NCBI GenBank assembly: GCA_040256005.1
Contig: JBDZWC010000048.1
Span: 1-19,652 of the forward strand
DNA: 19,652 nt
Source of the DNA: Deinococcaceae bacterium
Lineage (GTDB): Bacteria > Deinococcota > Deinococci > Deinococcales > Trueperaceae
Reading direction: 5' to 3'
The position numbers and the translations under genes were made by a program. Below are positions 1 through 7,642 of this stretch, piece after piece (position 1 is the first letter of the stretch; each line of letters starts with the position of its first letter). The notes beneath the pieces are model-generated. The model made no database searches and had not been told where the DNA came from. It worked only from the letters and a program-made list of their open reading frames with translations.

Positions 1-726
1 AACGACAAGCACATGGGCTCGTGCGCCGAGCTGTGCGCGACCAAGTACCGGTTCTCGAGGGCGGAGCAGGACGAGTTCGCCGCCCGCTCCTACCGGCGCT
101 CGCAGGCGGCCACCGAGGACGGTACCTTCGCGGCCGAGATCGTGCCCGTCCAGGTGAAGGGCCGCAAGGGCGAGGTCACGACGGTCGAGCGCGACGAGGG
201 CCCGTACCAGGTCGACTTCGAGAAGATGCCCAAGCTGCGGCCCCCCTTCGAGCAGGAGGGCACCGTGACGGCCGGTAACGCCAGCACCATCAACGATGGC
301 GCCGCGGCGTTGGTGGTCACGTCGGACGAGGTCGCGCGGCAGCGTGGGCTACCCGTGCTGGCGACGATCGAGGGCTACGCGGCCCACGGTGAGCAGCCCG
401 AGTGGTTCACGACGGCACCGGTCGGCGCCACGCGTTCCGTGCTCGGCAAGCTGGGCTGGCAGCCTGACGAAGTCGACGTCTACGAGGTCAACGAGGCGTT
501 CGCGGTGGTGCCCATGGCCCTGATGAAGGAGCTCGACCTGGCCGCCGAGAACGTCAACGTCTTCGGCGGCGCCGTGGCGCTGGGCCACCCGATCGGCGCT
601 TCCGGCGCGCGGATCCTCGTCACTCTGCTCTCCGCCATGCGGGCGCGCGGCGCGGGTCGCGGCGTCGCCAGCATCTGCATCGGTGGCGGCGAGGCGTTGG
701 CGATGGGGTTGAGCGCCGCGGCGTAG
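1..726 (+). CDS. Acetyl-CoA C-acyltransferase (thiolase), 5'-truncated by window
   Basis: Frame is open from position 1. Thiolase motifs VTAGNASTINDGAAA, YEVNEAF, GHPIGASG and CIGGG are present. TAG stop at 724-726. Confidence 0.95.
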   Translation, partial: NDKHMGSCAELCATKYRFSRAEQDEFAARSYRRSQAATEDGTFAAEIVPVQVKGRKGEVTTVERDEGPYQVDFEKMPKLRPPFEQEGTVTAGNASTINDGAAALVVTSDEVARQRGLPVLATIEGYAAHGEQPEWFTTAPVGATRSVLGKLGWQPDEVDVYEVNEAFAVVPMALMKELDLAAENVNVFGGAVALGHPIGASGARILVTLLSAMRARGAGRGVASICIGGGEALAMGLSAAA

Positions 727-737
727 TGACCGCGGAG

Positions 738-1475
738 TCAGTAGTCCTCTGCGGACCGGAGCTTCTCGGGCAGGCGGCCCATCTGGATCGCCTCGGCGAT
801 CATCGACGGGAGGCCCCAGGCGACGATGTCGAAGGCCACCGCCGCGAAGTCGTACTCGACCTTGTCCATCTCGATGCCCACCCCGTCCTCAGACAGCTCG
901 AGCAGGGCGTAGTCGGCTCCCGGCTCGCCGTTGAGCGACAGGCCGACCGAGCCCGGGTTCACCACCCAACCCACGCCCTCGATCTCGCGGTAGAAGGGCA
1001 CGTGGGTGGAGCCCGCCGCCAGGACCTTGGCCTTGTGGCTCTTGAGCAGCCGCGTGAGCGTGAAGGGATCGCGGTCCAGGTTGACGCGCTCCGTCGGGTC
1101 GTCGAACGAGCCGTGGAAGAACCGGAGCCAGCCCGCCGGCGTCTCCATCCGGCGCTGGACGGGTAACGACTGCAGGAACGTCAGGTGTCTGTCCTCTATG
1201 ACGCCCTTGGTCCACTCGATCGTCTCGTCCGCTACGCCGTGGCGCACGGCCTTGCGCCTGGCGAACGGGAAGGCGAGGCGCTCGTCGGCAGCCCCCAGGG
1301 TGCAGACGATGCCCTCGCGTCGGATCAGGTCGATGGTCTCGTTGGGCGAAGGCCCGTAACCGACGAGGTCGCCCAGACACACGATCGTCTGGGCTCCCTT
1401 CAGCTTCAGCTGGTCCACCACCGCATCCAGCGCCAGCACGTTGGCGTGCACGTCGCTGATGAGGCCTACCTTCAC
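738..1475 (-). CDS. Calcineurin-like metallophosphoesterase (YfcE/MJ0912-like) with degenerate metal ligands
   Basis: ISDVHAN, CLGDLVGYGP, FHGS and NPGSVG motifs. GAAD replaces GNHD/E and GSTH replaces GHTH. GTG start overlaps the M42 stop (GTGA). Confidence 0.88.
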   Translation of the reverse strand: MKVGLISDVHANVLALDAVVDQLKLKGAQTIVCLGDLVGYGPSPNETIDLIRREGIVCTLGAADERLAFPFARRKAVRHGVADETIEWTKGVIEDRHLTFLQSLPVQRRMETPAGWLRFFHGSFDDPTERVNLDRDPFTLTRLLKSHKAKVLAAGSTHVPFYREIEGVGWVVNPGSVGLSLNGEPGADYALLELSEDGVGIEMDKVEYDFAAVAFDIVAWGLPSMIAEAIQMGRLPEKLRSAEDY

Positions 1476-2515
1476 GACTTGAGTCTAGCAGTGCCCTCTT
1501 GTAGGAACGCCGTCAGCAAGGCCACTCCTGCCTCCAGGTCTGCCTTGGAGACCATCTCCGTGACGGTGTGCACGTAGCGCGACGGCGTGGACAGGGTGAT
1601 GCTCGGGACCCCGAGCCTGGAGCGCTGGATGGCGCCGGCGTCGGTGCCACCCAGGGGCAGGACCTCCAGCTGGTGGTCGATGCCGCGTTGCTCCGCCAAC
1701 GCCAGGAACTCGTCCAGGAGCCAGCGCGTGGAGATCGAGCTGCTGTCCATGACCTTGATGCCGACCCCACCGCCCAGCTTGGTGATGCGCTGATGGTCCT
1801 TGATGTCAGGCGTGTCCACCGCGAGGGTCGTGTCCAGGGCGATACCCACGTCGGGCTCCACGCGGAAGGCGCTGGTGAGCGCACCGCGCAGACCGACCTC
1901 CTCCTGGGTCGTGAACACGGCGTGCACCTCGAAGGCGGGTTCCCTTAGGCGCTTCAGGGCCTCGATCGCGATCCAGCAGCCCACGCGGTCGTCGAGCGCC
2001 TTGCCGGTCACGACCTTGCCCAGGTCGATGAACTCCTGCTTGAGGGTGACCATGTCGCCGATGCGGACCTTCGCGCTGACCTCGTCGGGCGCCAGGCCCA
2101 GGTCTACGTAGAAGTCGGCGATCAGCGGGATCTTCGAGCGCTCTTCCGGCGTGCTGATGTGGATGGGCTTGCTGGCGGGGTTCATGACGCCGGGCAGGTC
2201 CTCGTTCGAGAGCGAGGCGTGCACGATGACCTGGCGCGCGAACAGGTTCCGAGGGTCGAAGCCCCCCACCTGCTGGAGGCGTATGAAGCCCTTGTCGTCG
2301 ATGAACTTGACGTAGAAACCGATCTCGTCCATGTGGGCGGCGACCATCGCCCGCGGGGCACCATCGCCGGCGCGCTTCACGGCGTGCAGGTTGCCCATCG
2401 CGTCCGTCTCGAGGACGTCGACGAGGCCCTCCAGCTCTGCTGCGATGATCTCGCGTACGCGTTCTTCGCGGCCCGCCACGCCCGCCACTTCGGAGAGTCT
2501 CTTCAGGAGATCCAT
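1472..2515 (-). CDS. M42 family (TET-like) aminopeptidase
   Basis: AAHMDEIGF, KALDDRVG, QEEVGLRGA, GGTDAG and RYVHT motifs of M42 peptidases. Confidence 0.93.
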   Translation of the reverse strand: MDLLKRLSEVAGVAGREERVREIIAAELEGLVDVLETDAMGNLHAVKRAGDGAPRAMVAAHMDEIGFYVKFIDDKGFIRLQQVGGFDPRNLFARQVIVHASLSNEDLPGVMNPASKPIHISTPEERSKIPLIADFYVDLGLAPDEVSAKVRIGDMVTLKQEFIDLGKVVTGKALDDRVGCWIAIEALKRLREPAFEVHAVFTTQEEVGLRGALTSAFRVEPDVGIALDTTLAVDTPDIKDHQRITKLGGGVGIKVMDSSSISTRWLLDEFLALAEQRGIDHQLEVLPLGGTDAGAIQRSRLGVPSITLSTPSRYVHTVTEMVSKADLEAGVALLTAFLQEGTARLKS

Positions 2516-2525
2516 GAGAGGAAGT

Positions 2526-3500
2526 CTACTCCTCGAACCACGCGGTCACGGCGGAGGCCAACTCCTGGGGGCACTCCTCCTGCACGGCGTGCCCGCACAT
2601 GGGCACCAAGACGAGCTCGGCGTTAGGCAGCTGGGCGGCGAGCCTCTCCGACTGATCGACTGGCACCACGCCGTCCTCCTGACCCGCGATGACCAACGCG
2701 GGGATGTCGATCCCTCCCAGCCGCCCATCCAGGTCGCCCGGAGCCTCGGCCTGCGAGAGCCGCCACAGGGCCACGTCCCAGCCTTCGACCGTGAACGGCG
2801 CCAGGAACTCGGCCTCCTGCTCGGCTGTGATCCGCGAGGGGTCGTACCAGCCGGACCACAACAGCCGCTTACCTGGCTCCGATGCGAGCTGGCGCAGGAG
2901 CACGGGGCCGAGGCGGCGCATCTGCGGTGTGCTCATGATCAGCCGCGCGAGCCACGAGCGCTTCTGGACCATGAACGGAGAGGCGCCGATCGTGACCAGG
3001 CCGGACACCAGATCGGGCCGGGCGAGGGCGGTGTCGAGCGCGACCCTGCCCCCGTAATCGTGGCCGATGAGCACGGCGCCGGCCATGCCCAGCGCCTCCA
3101 GCAGGCCGCCCACCAGCACAGGCTGAGAGGCGGCCGCATAGGGGTCGACGGTCACGGAAGGGTCGTCGGGCCCAGGTCGCTCCGTGAACCCGAAGCCGGG
3201 CAGGTCCACGGCCACGACGTCGCCCGCCTCCGCCAGCAGTGGGGCCAGCTCATCGAACGTGTGGGTGCTGTAGGGAAACCCGTGCAGCAGCAGGAAGCTG
3301 GCGGCCCCGTCCGGTCCGTCCCAACGCCTGACGTGCAAGGAGATGCCTTCCACCTCCACGTACTCGGCATCCGGCCCAGCCACCTGCGACAGCGGCCTGA
3401 CGCCCGGCGGCGGTGCGATGGGCAGGACCAGCGGCAGCACTACCGCCAGCGTCACCAGCACGGCCAGGATGATCAGCGAGATCTTGATGCGGAACGGCAC
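2526..3500 (-). CDS. Alpha/beta hydrolase with N-terminal membrane anchor/signal and Asp nucleophile
   Basis: LLHGFP, DLPGFG, GHDYGG elbow, GQED and CGH motifs. Hydrophobic N-terminus. AGAGGA SD-like sequence before the GTG. Confidence 0.88.
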   Translation of the reverse strand: MPFRIKISLIILAVLVTLAVVLPLVLPIAPPPGVRPLSQVAGPDAEYVEVEGISLHVRRWDGPDGAASFLLLHGFPYSTHTFDELAPLLAEAGDVVAVDLPGFGFTERPGPDDPSVTVDPYAAASQPVLVGGLLEALGMAGAVLIGHDYGGRVALDTALARPDLVSGLVTIGASPFMVQKRSWLARLIMSTPQMRRLGPVLLRQLASEPGKRLLWSGWYDPSRITAEQEAEFLAPFTVEGWDVALWRLSQAEAPGDLDGRLGGIDIPALVIAGQEDGVVPVDQSERLAAQLPNAELVLVPMCGHAVQEECPQELASAVTAWFEE

Positions 3501-3529
3501 GACTTCCTCTTCCAGCTAAGCGCGCCCGG

Positions 3530-3567
3530 CGCCCGCGGCGGCCATGGGTAGGTGCCCGCCGCGGGCG
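3530..3567. repeat. Perfect 12-bp inverted repeat (GC-rich hairpin) between hydratase and hydrolase
   Basis: CGCCCGCGGCGG (3530-3541) pairs with CCGCCGCGGGCG (3556-3567), 14-nt loop. No U-tract. Confidence 0.7.
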
Positions 3568-3592
3568 TGCGGGCTCTCGGGCTGCGGACCTA

Positions 3593-4432
3593 TCAGCGAC
3601 CCTTGAACTGCGGGGCGCGCTTCTCGAGGAAGGCTTGGGTGCCCTCGAGCATGTCTTCGCTGGTGGCGACGAGCCCGAAAAGGTCGGCCTCGATCTCGAG
3701 CCCCTGGGAGAGCGCTACGTCGAGCCCCCTCGACACGGCCTCCTTGGCCAGGCCCAACGCCAGCGGGCCGTTCCTCGCGGCGGTGCGGGCCAGTTCGACG
3801 GACGTCGCGAGCGCGTCGTCCGCCACGCGGTTCACGAGGCCCAGCTGCAACGCCTCTTCGGCGCTGACGTGCCTGCCGGTCAGGATCAGGTCGAGGGCGC
3901 GGCCCTGCCCGATGAGCCGCGGCAGCCGCTGCGTGCCCCCGTAGCCCGGGATGATGCCGAGGCCGACCTCGGGAAGGCCGAGCTTCGCCTGCGTCGAGGC
4001 CACGCGCAGGTCGGCGGCCAGCGCGAGCTCGAGCCCGCCACCCAGCGCGAACCCGTTGATGGCCGCGATGGTGGGGAAGGGGAGGGCCGCCAGCGAGTTG
4101 CACACGTCCTGCCCCAACAGCGAGAACTCGCGTGCGCTGAAGGCGTCCTCCACCTGGTTGACGCCGGTGATGTCGGCCCCTGCGACGAAGGCGCGGCCGG
4201 CGCCGGTCACCACCAGGGCCTTGACGGCGACGTTCGCCTCGGCCATCTGGAAGGCCAAAGCCAGCTCCACGAGGACGTCCTCGTTGAGCGCGTTGAGCGC
4301 CTGCTGCCTGTCGACGGTGACGACGGCGACGTCCCCGTCCACCTCGAAGCGCACGAACTGCAGCTCGGGCAACTCCTCCGCGAGCTCGTCCTCAGTGACT
4401 TGGGTGCCGTCCTGATAGTCCCGCCCGTCCAT
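3593..4432 (-). CDS. Enoyl-CoA hydratase/crotonase (279 aa; start re-called at ATG 4432)
   Basis: AFVAGADI, AINGFALGGGLELALAAD and LPEVGLGIIPGYGGTQRL motifs. ATG overlaps the upstream TGA (TGATG). The longer ORF extension overlaps the dehydrogenase. Confidence 0.93.
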   Translation of the reverse strand: MDGRDYQDGTQVTEDELAEELPELQFVRFEVDGDVAVVTVDRQQALNALNEDVLVELALAFQMAEANVAVKALVVTGAGRAFVAGADITGVNQVEDAFSAREFSLLGQDVCNSLAALPFPTIAAINGFALGGGLELALAADLRVASTQAKLGLPEVGLGIIPGYGGTQRLPRLIGQGRALDLILTGRHVSAEEALQLGLVNRVADDALATSVELARTAARNGPLALGLAKEAVSRGLDVALSQGLEIEADLFGLVATSEDMLEGTQAFLEKRAPQFKGR

Positions 4433-5283
4433 CACTTCTCGCCTCCATAGTCGTAGAAGCCCTTGCCGGTCTTGCGGCCGAGCATCCCGGCCCTGACCAT
4501 CTGCTTGATGAGCGGCGCCGGCCGGAACTTGGGATCGCCGAACTCCTCGAACAGCGCCTGGCCGGCCGCCAGCCCCACGTCGAGACCCACCAGGTCCGCC
4601 AGGGCCAACGGGCCGATGGGCATGTTCGCGCCCAGCTTCATGGCCTCGTCGATCTCCTCGGCGCTGGCCACTCCCTCCGAGAGCGCGTGCACGGCGTCGT
4701 TGATGTACGGCACGAGGAGCCGGTTGACGATGAACCCGGGTTTGTCGGCGCAGACGATCGGCTTCTTGCCCAGCCCGATGACGAACTCGCGTGCGCGCTC
4801 CACGACCGTGTCGGGCGTGAGCAGCGCCTTGACGACTTCCACGAGGGGCATCATCGCCACGGGGTTGAAGAAGTGGAGGCCGCAGAACTCGGCCGGGCGG
4901 CCACTGAAGGCGGCGATCTGGGTGACGGAGAGGCTGGAGGTGTTCGTCGCCAGCAGGGCACCCGCGGGCGCGGCCTCCCCGACCTCGGCCCACACGCTCT
5001 TCTTGACGTCTATCGACTCGTAAACCGCCTCGATGACGACCTCTGCGTTGGCGGCGGCGCCGAGGTCGGTGCCGGGCGAGACCCTGCCGGTAGCGGCCTG
5101 GGCGTCCTCCTGCGTGACGGTGCCCTTGCGCACCATCCGCTCCAGGCTGCCCTCCATGGCGCTCAGGCCGCGGTCGACGGCGGCCCGCTCCTGGTCGACG
5201 AGGCTCACCTCATGGCCCGCCAGCGCGCACGCTTGGGCGATGCCGGAGCCCATCGTCCCGGCCCCGATGACGGTTACCTTCAT
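4432..5283 (-). CDS. hbd: 3-hydroxybutyryl-CoA / 3-hydroxyacyl-CoA dehydrogenase
   Basis: [11 protein letters not shown]ossmann motif, [22 protein letters not shown] and [22 protein letters not shown]-like sequence upstream. Confidence 0.93.
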   Translation of the reverse strand: MKVTVIGAGTMGSGIAQACALAGHEVSLVDQERAAVDRGLSAMEGSLERMVRKGTVTQEDAQAATGRVSPGTDLGAAANAEVVIEAVYESIDVKKSVWAEVGEAAPAGALLATNTSSLSVTQIAAFSGRPAEFCGLHFFNPVAMMPLVEVVKALLTPDTVVERAREFVIGLGKKPIVCADKPGFIVNRLLVPYINDAVHALSEGVASAEEIDEAMKLGANMPIGPLALADLVGLDVGLAAGQALFEEFGDPKFRPAPLIKQMVRAGMLGRKTGKGFYDYGGEK

Positions 5284-5326
5284 GATCGGTCTTCCTCTCC
5301 CAGCGACCTCGCGCTTCGTTCGAAGC

Positions 5327-6043
5327 TCACTCGTCGCTCAGTTCCACGAGCGCGTCCAACGCGGCCGCGACCATGTCGAGCACGGCCGCCCTCAGCGCGT
5401 CCGCCTCCAGCAGGCGGTCATCGCCGATGTTGTTGCTGGCCACGAGGATGCAGCCGGTCTGGACGCCTCTGAGCGCGCCGAGCGTGAACAGCGCCGAGGC
5501 CTCCATCTCCACCGCCAGCACACCACGCGCCGCCATGGCCGGGACGTGGTCGGGCGTGACGGCGTAGAAAGCGTCGTCCGTGCGGATCAGGCCGGTGTGC
5601 GTCGGCCTGCCGGTCCGCACGGCGGCGGCGTGCAGGGCGGTGGTCACGCCGAAGTCGGCGGCCGGCGCGTAGCCGTCGCCGTTCAGGTACTGGCGGGAGG
5701 TGCCCTCGTTCGAGACGCTGGCCGTCGCCACGACGAGGTCGCCGGGAGCGACGTCGGGCGAGATCGCCCCGCAGGTGCCGATGCGCACGAGGCGCTTGGC
5801 GCCCAGACGGACGACTTCCTCGACGACGATCGCGAGGCTGGGACAGCCCATCCCGGTCGACTGGACGCTCACCTCGAGGCCTTGGTAGCTGCCCGTGTAC
5901 CCGAGGAGGTGACGGTGCTCGTTGTAGAGGCGGGGCGCGTCGAGCAGGTTCTCGGCGATCAGTGTGGCGCGGTTGGGGTCACCGGGAAGCAGGACGGCGG
6001 GCGCGACGGACCCGGGCTCCGCCCGCACGTGTAGCTGGCTCAT
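5327..6043 (-). CDS. deoD: Purine nucleoside phosphorylase (hexameric NP-I/DeoD type)
   Basis: [26 protein letters not shown] and AVEMEAS motifs. Substrate specificity is not provable from sequence. Confidence 0.85.
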   Translation of the reverse strand: MSQLHVRAEPGSVAPAVLLPGDPNRATLIAENLLDAPRLYNEHRHLLGYTGSYQGLEVSVQSTGMGCPSLAIVVEEVVRLGAKRLVRIGTCGAISPDVAPGDLVVATASVSNEGTSRQYLNGDGYAPAADFGVTTALHAAAVRTGRPTHTGLIRTDDAFYAVTPDHVPAMAARGVLAVEMEASALFTLGALRGVQTGCILVASNNIGDDRLLEADALRAAVLDMVAAALDALVELSDE

Positions 6044-6050
6044 CGCCGCA

Positions 6051-6059
6051 ACTGTACCA
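6051..6059 (-). promoter_or_regulatory. Extended -10 (TGgTACAGT), leaderless promoter for deoD
   Basis: TACAGT lies 7 nt upstream of ATG 6043. No SD. Confidence 0.65.
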
Positions 6060-6104
6060 GAGGGGTACTTATGAACCGGGCCACGCCAAGGGCGCTGCGT
6101 ACCG

Positions 6105-6113
6105 TGCTAGATT
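6105..6113 (+). promoter_or_regulatory. Extended -10 (TGcTAGATT), leaderless promoter for the Roadblock pair
   Basis: TAGATT lies 7 nt upstream of ATG 6121. No SD. Confidence 0.65.
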
Positions 6114-6120
6114 CCGCGCG

Positions 6121-6513
6121 ATGACCGACCTGGAGGACATCCTCGCGCGCTCCTGGGCGCACGTGGAGGGGTGCCGCGTGGTCGCCGTGGCGGGCATGGA
6201 CGGCCTGCTCATCGAACGTCATCCCGCCAAGGACGACGATCCGCTCCTGGCCGGCGCGCCGGAGCCCGAGACGTTGGCGCACATCGTGGCGGAGGTCACC
6301 ACGCTCTTCGGCGTGGCGAGCGGCGCCATGAGCCGAGAGCTGGGCTCGCCGGTATCGGAGCTCGTGGCTTTGGGCGAGACCGGCGGCTACCTGGCTCGGC
6401 GCATCAACCCCGACCTGTTCTGCCTGTTCGTCACCGGCCCGTCGGCGGACCTGACCAACGTGAGATCGGAGGCCGAGGAGCTGGCGCGCGAGCTGTCGGG
6501 GGCCCTCGTCTGA
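6121..6513 (+). CDS. Roadblock/LC7 (MglB-like) domain protein (130 aa)
   Basis: Pattern VEGCRVVAVAGMDGLLIE ... ELVALGETGGYLARRI ... LFV ... ADL is typical of Roadblock/LC7. Start chosen from the -10 element. Confidence 0.75.
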   Translation: MTDLEDILARSWAHVEGCRVVAVAGMDGLLIERHPAKDDDPLLAGAPEPETLAHIVAEVTTLFGVASGAMSRELGSPVSELVALGETGGYLARRINPDLFCLFVTGPSADLTNVRSEAEELARELSGALV

Positions 6514-6872
6514 TGGAATCCACCGAGGACGTAGCCACGGAGGCGCTGGTGCGTGCGGCCCGCGAGGTGCGCGGCGTCGTGGCGGCCGCCCTGATAGACC
6601 GTGCCGGAGCCGTCGTCGCGGCCGAATCCGATGACCAGGCTCTGCTCGAGCAGATGCAGCTCACCGCCACCAGCGCCTTGGCGGCGGCCGAGGCGTTCTC
6701 GGACTTGACGCCCGACGGGGCCCCACCCAACCTCACGGCGATCTACGACGACGGCCAGCCACTGCTGTTCGCGCCCGTCTCCGGCGGCGACATGACGCTC
6801 GTGCTGGCGGTGGCCTCGGCCGCGGACATCGGACGGGCGCGGTTCCAACTGAAGCGCATCACAGGCGGCTAA
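6513..6872 (+). CDS. Second Roadblock/LC7-like protein (119 aa)
   Basis: VRGVVAAALIDRAGAVVA ... LVLAVASAADIGRARFQL pattern. ATG overlaps the previous TGA (TGATG). Confidence 0.7.
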   Translation: MESTEDVATEALVRAAREVRGVVAAALIDRAGAVVAAESDDQALLEQMQLTATSALAAAEAFSDLTPDGAPPNLTAIYDDGQPLLFAPVSGGDMTLVLAVASAADIGRARFQLKRITGG

Positions 6873-6908
6873 CCGGGACGCGCTCGTGCGCGGCGCGCGG
6901 CGCTCGCG

Positions 6909-7208
6909 TCAATTGGGCCCCTCGTCCTCCGTGCCCGGCACCACCTGGCCCGGCTGGATGGGACGCTTCGGCTCGGGGATCTGACCGTAGCGCGCCTCGA
7001 ACCGCTTGATGTTGTCTTCCAGACTCCGAAGCAGCGCCTTCGCATGGCGCGGGCTCGTGACCAGGCGGGCCGAGACCACCGGCTGCTGCCCCGGCATGAC
7101 AAGCACGAAGTCGAACAGGAACTCGTCGGCCGTGTGGGCGATGAGCGCGCCGTTGGTCGGCCGCCCCCGCATGGTCTCCTTGTCGATCTCGAACTTGAGC
7201 TGCTTCAT
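6909..7208 (-). CDS. DUF3467-like protein (99 aa; start re-called at ATG 7208)
   Basis: HTADEFLFDF ... ARLVTSPRHAKALLRSLEDNIKRFEARYGQI resembles the DUF3467 signature. TACGT-like -10 (TACGCT) lies 6 nt upstream of the ATG. Confidence 0.8.
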   Translation of the reverse strand: MKQLKFEIDKETMRGRPTNGALIAHTADEFLFDFVLVMPGQQPVVSARLVTSPRHAKALLRSLEDNIKRFEARYGQIPEPKRPIQPGQVVPGTEDEGPN

Positions 7209-7250
7209 GGTCCCAGCGTAGCCGGGTCGCGGTTCGTGTCCCGGTCTGTT

Positions 7251-7348
7251 CGGGGCGCGGGCTCCAAGTGGGGGGTCCGCTCGTGTGGGCTTGGAGTGGC
7301 GGGCTCGATTGTGTGGGCTAGATTGTGCGGGCTCGAGAGGTCGGGTTC
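7251..7348. repeat. Degenerate 14-bp tandem repeat, 7 units, invariant GGG at unit positions 9-11
   Basis: Units: cggggcgcgggctc, caagtggggggtcc, gctcgtgtgggctt, ggagtggcgggctc, gattgtgtgggcta, gattgtgcgggctc, gagaggtcgggttc. Confidence 0.7.
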
Positions 7349-7445
7349 CCAGAGGTCTTTTCGGTCCGGAAGCCACTATTCACCTGCAACATAGGGCAAG
7401 TCCGCGCTTGCAAGATAGCGCCGTCTGGGACGCGCGTCTTAAGTA

Positions 7446-7545
7446 CGGGCCGGCAACAGATATTCGCGAGGTTGGTAGTGGCACCCAAGCGAGAAAGACA
7501 TGTGTGCCGCCGCCGCCTTTGGTGCCGCCAACCGTTCACGGCCCG
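7446..7545. ncRNA. Candidate structured RNA (long irregular hairpin), family unknown
   Basis: Nested pairings 7446-7452/7539-7545, 7455-7457/7534-7536, 7470-7475/7528-7533, 7480-7485/7521-7526 and 7487-7489/7517-7519 in a gene-free region. Confidence 0.3.
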
Positions 7546-7630
7546 CTGACCAACGGATGGTAAACCGAGCGAGCCCTGCCGCCACGTGAGAACGTGATGA
7601 GTTCCCCCTGATACCGGCACGTCGCGGCCC

Positions 7631-7636
7631 TAATGT
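7631..7636 (+). promoter_or_regulatory. -10 element (TAATGT), leaderless promoter for the DsbA-like gene
   Basis: Lies 6 nt upstream of ATG 7643 in an AT-rich patch. Confidence 0.65.
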
Positions 7637-7642
7637 TGTTAT

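Noticed and set aside
4433..4993. N-terminal extension of the 466-aa ORF 3593..4993
   Set aside because: It overlaps hbd in another frame and has an Arg/Gly-rich shadow composition. The true start is the coupled ATG at 4432.
1..5283. Thiolase-hydratase-hbd as a single butyrate or beta-oxidation operon
   Set aside because: The thiolase is on the opposite strand and separated by three genes. This is ordinary fatty-acid metabolism.
6877..6910. Bidirectional terminator between Roadblock-2 and the DUF3467-like gene
   Set aside because: Only a short imperfect GC stem (GACGCG/CGCGTC) with no U-tract, which is plausible by chance.
7251..7348. CRISPR array interpretation of the repeat
   Set aside because: The units are 14 bp, contiguous and degenerate, with no spacers and no cas genes.
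5962..7376. Longer starts for the Roadblock genes (5962, 6171) and the DUF3467-like gene (7376)
   Set aside because: The extensions overlap neighbouring genes or the 14-bp repeat. The -10 spacing and TGATG coupling support 6121, 6513 and 7208.
7360..7440. Resemblance to a c-di-GMP-I riboswitch (GGCAAG...GGGACGC) or SRP RNA (GGTCCGGAAG)
   Set aside because: Only fragments match. The GCAAAG junction and second stem, or the GGAAGCAGC loop, are missing.
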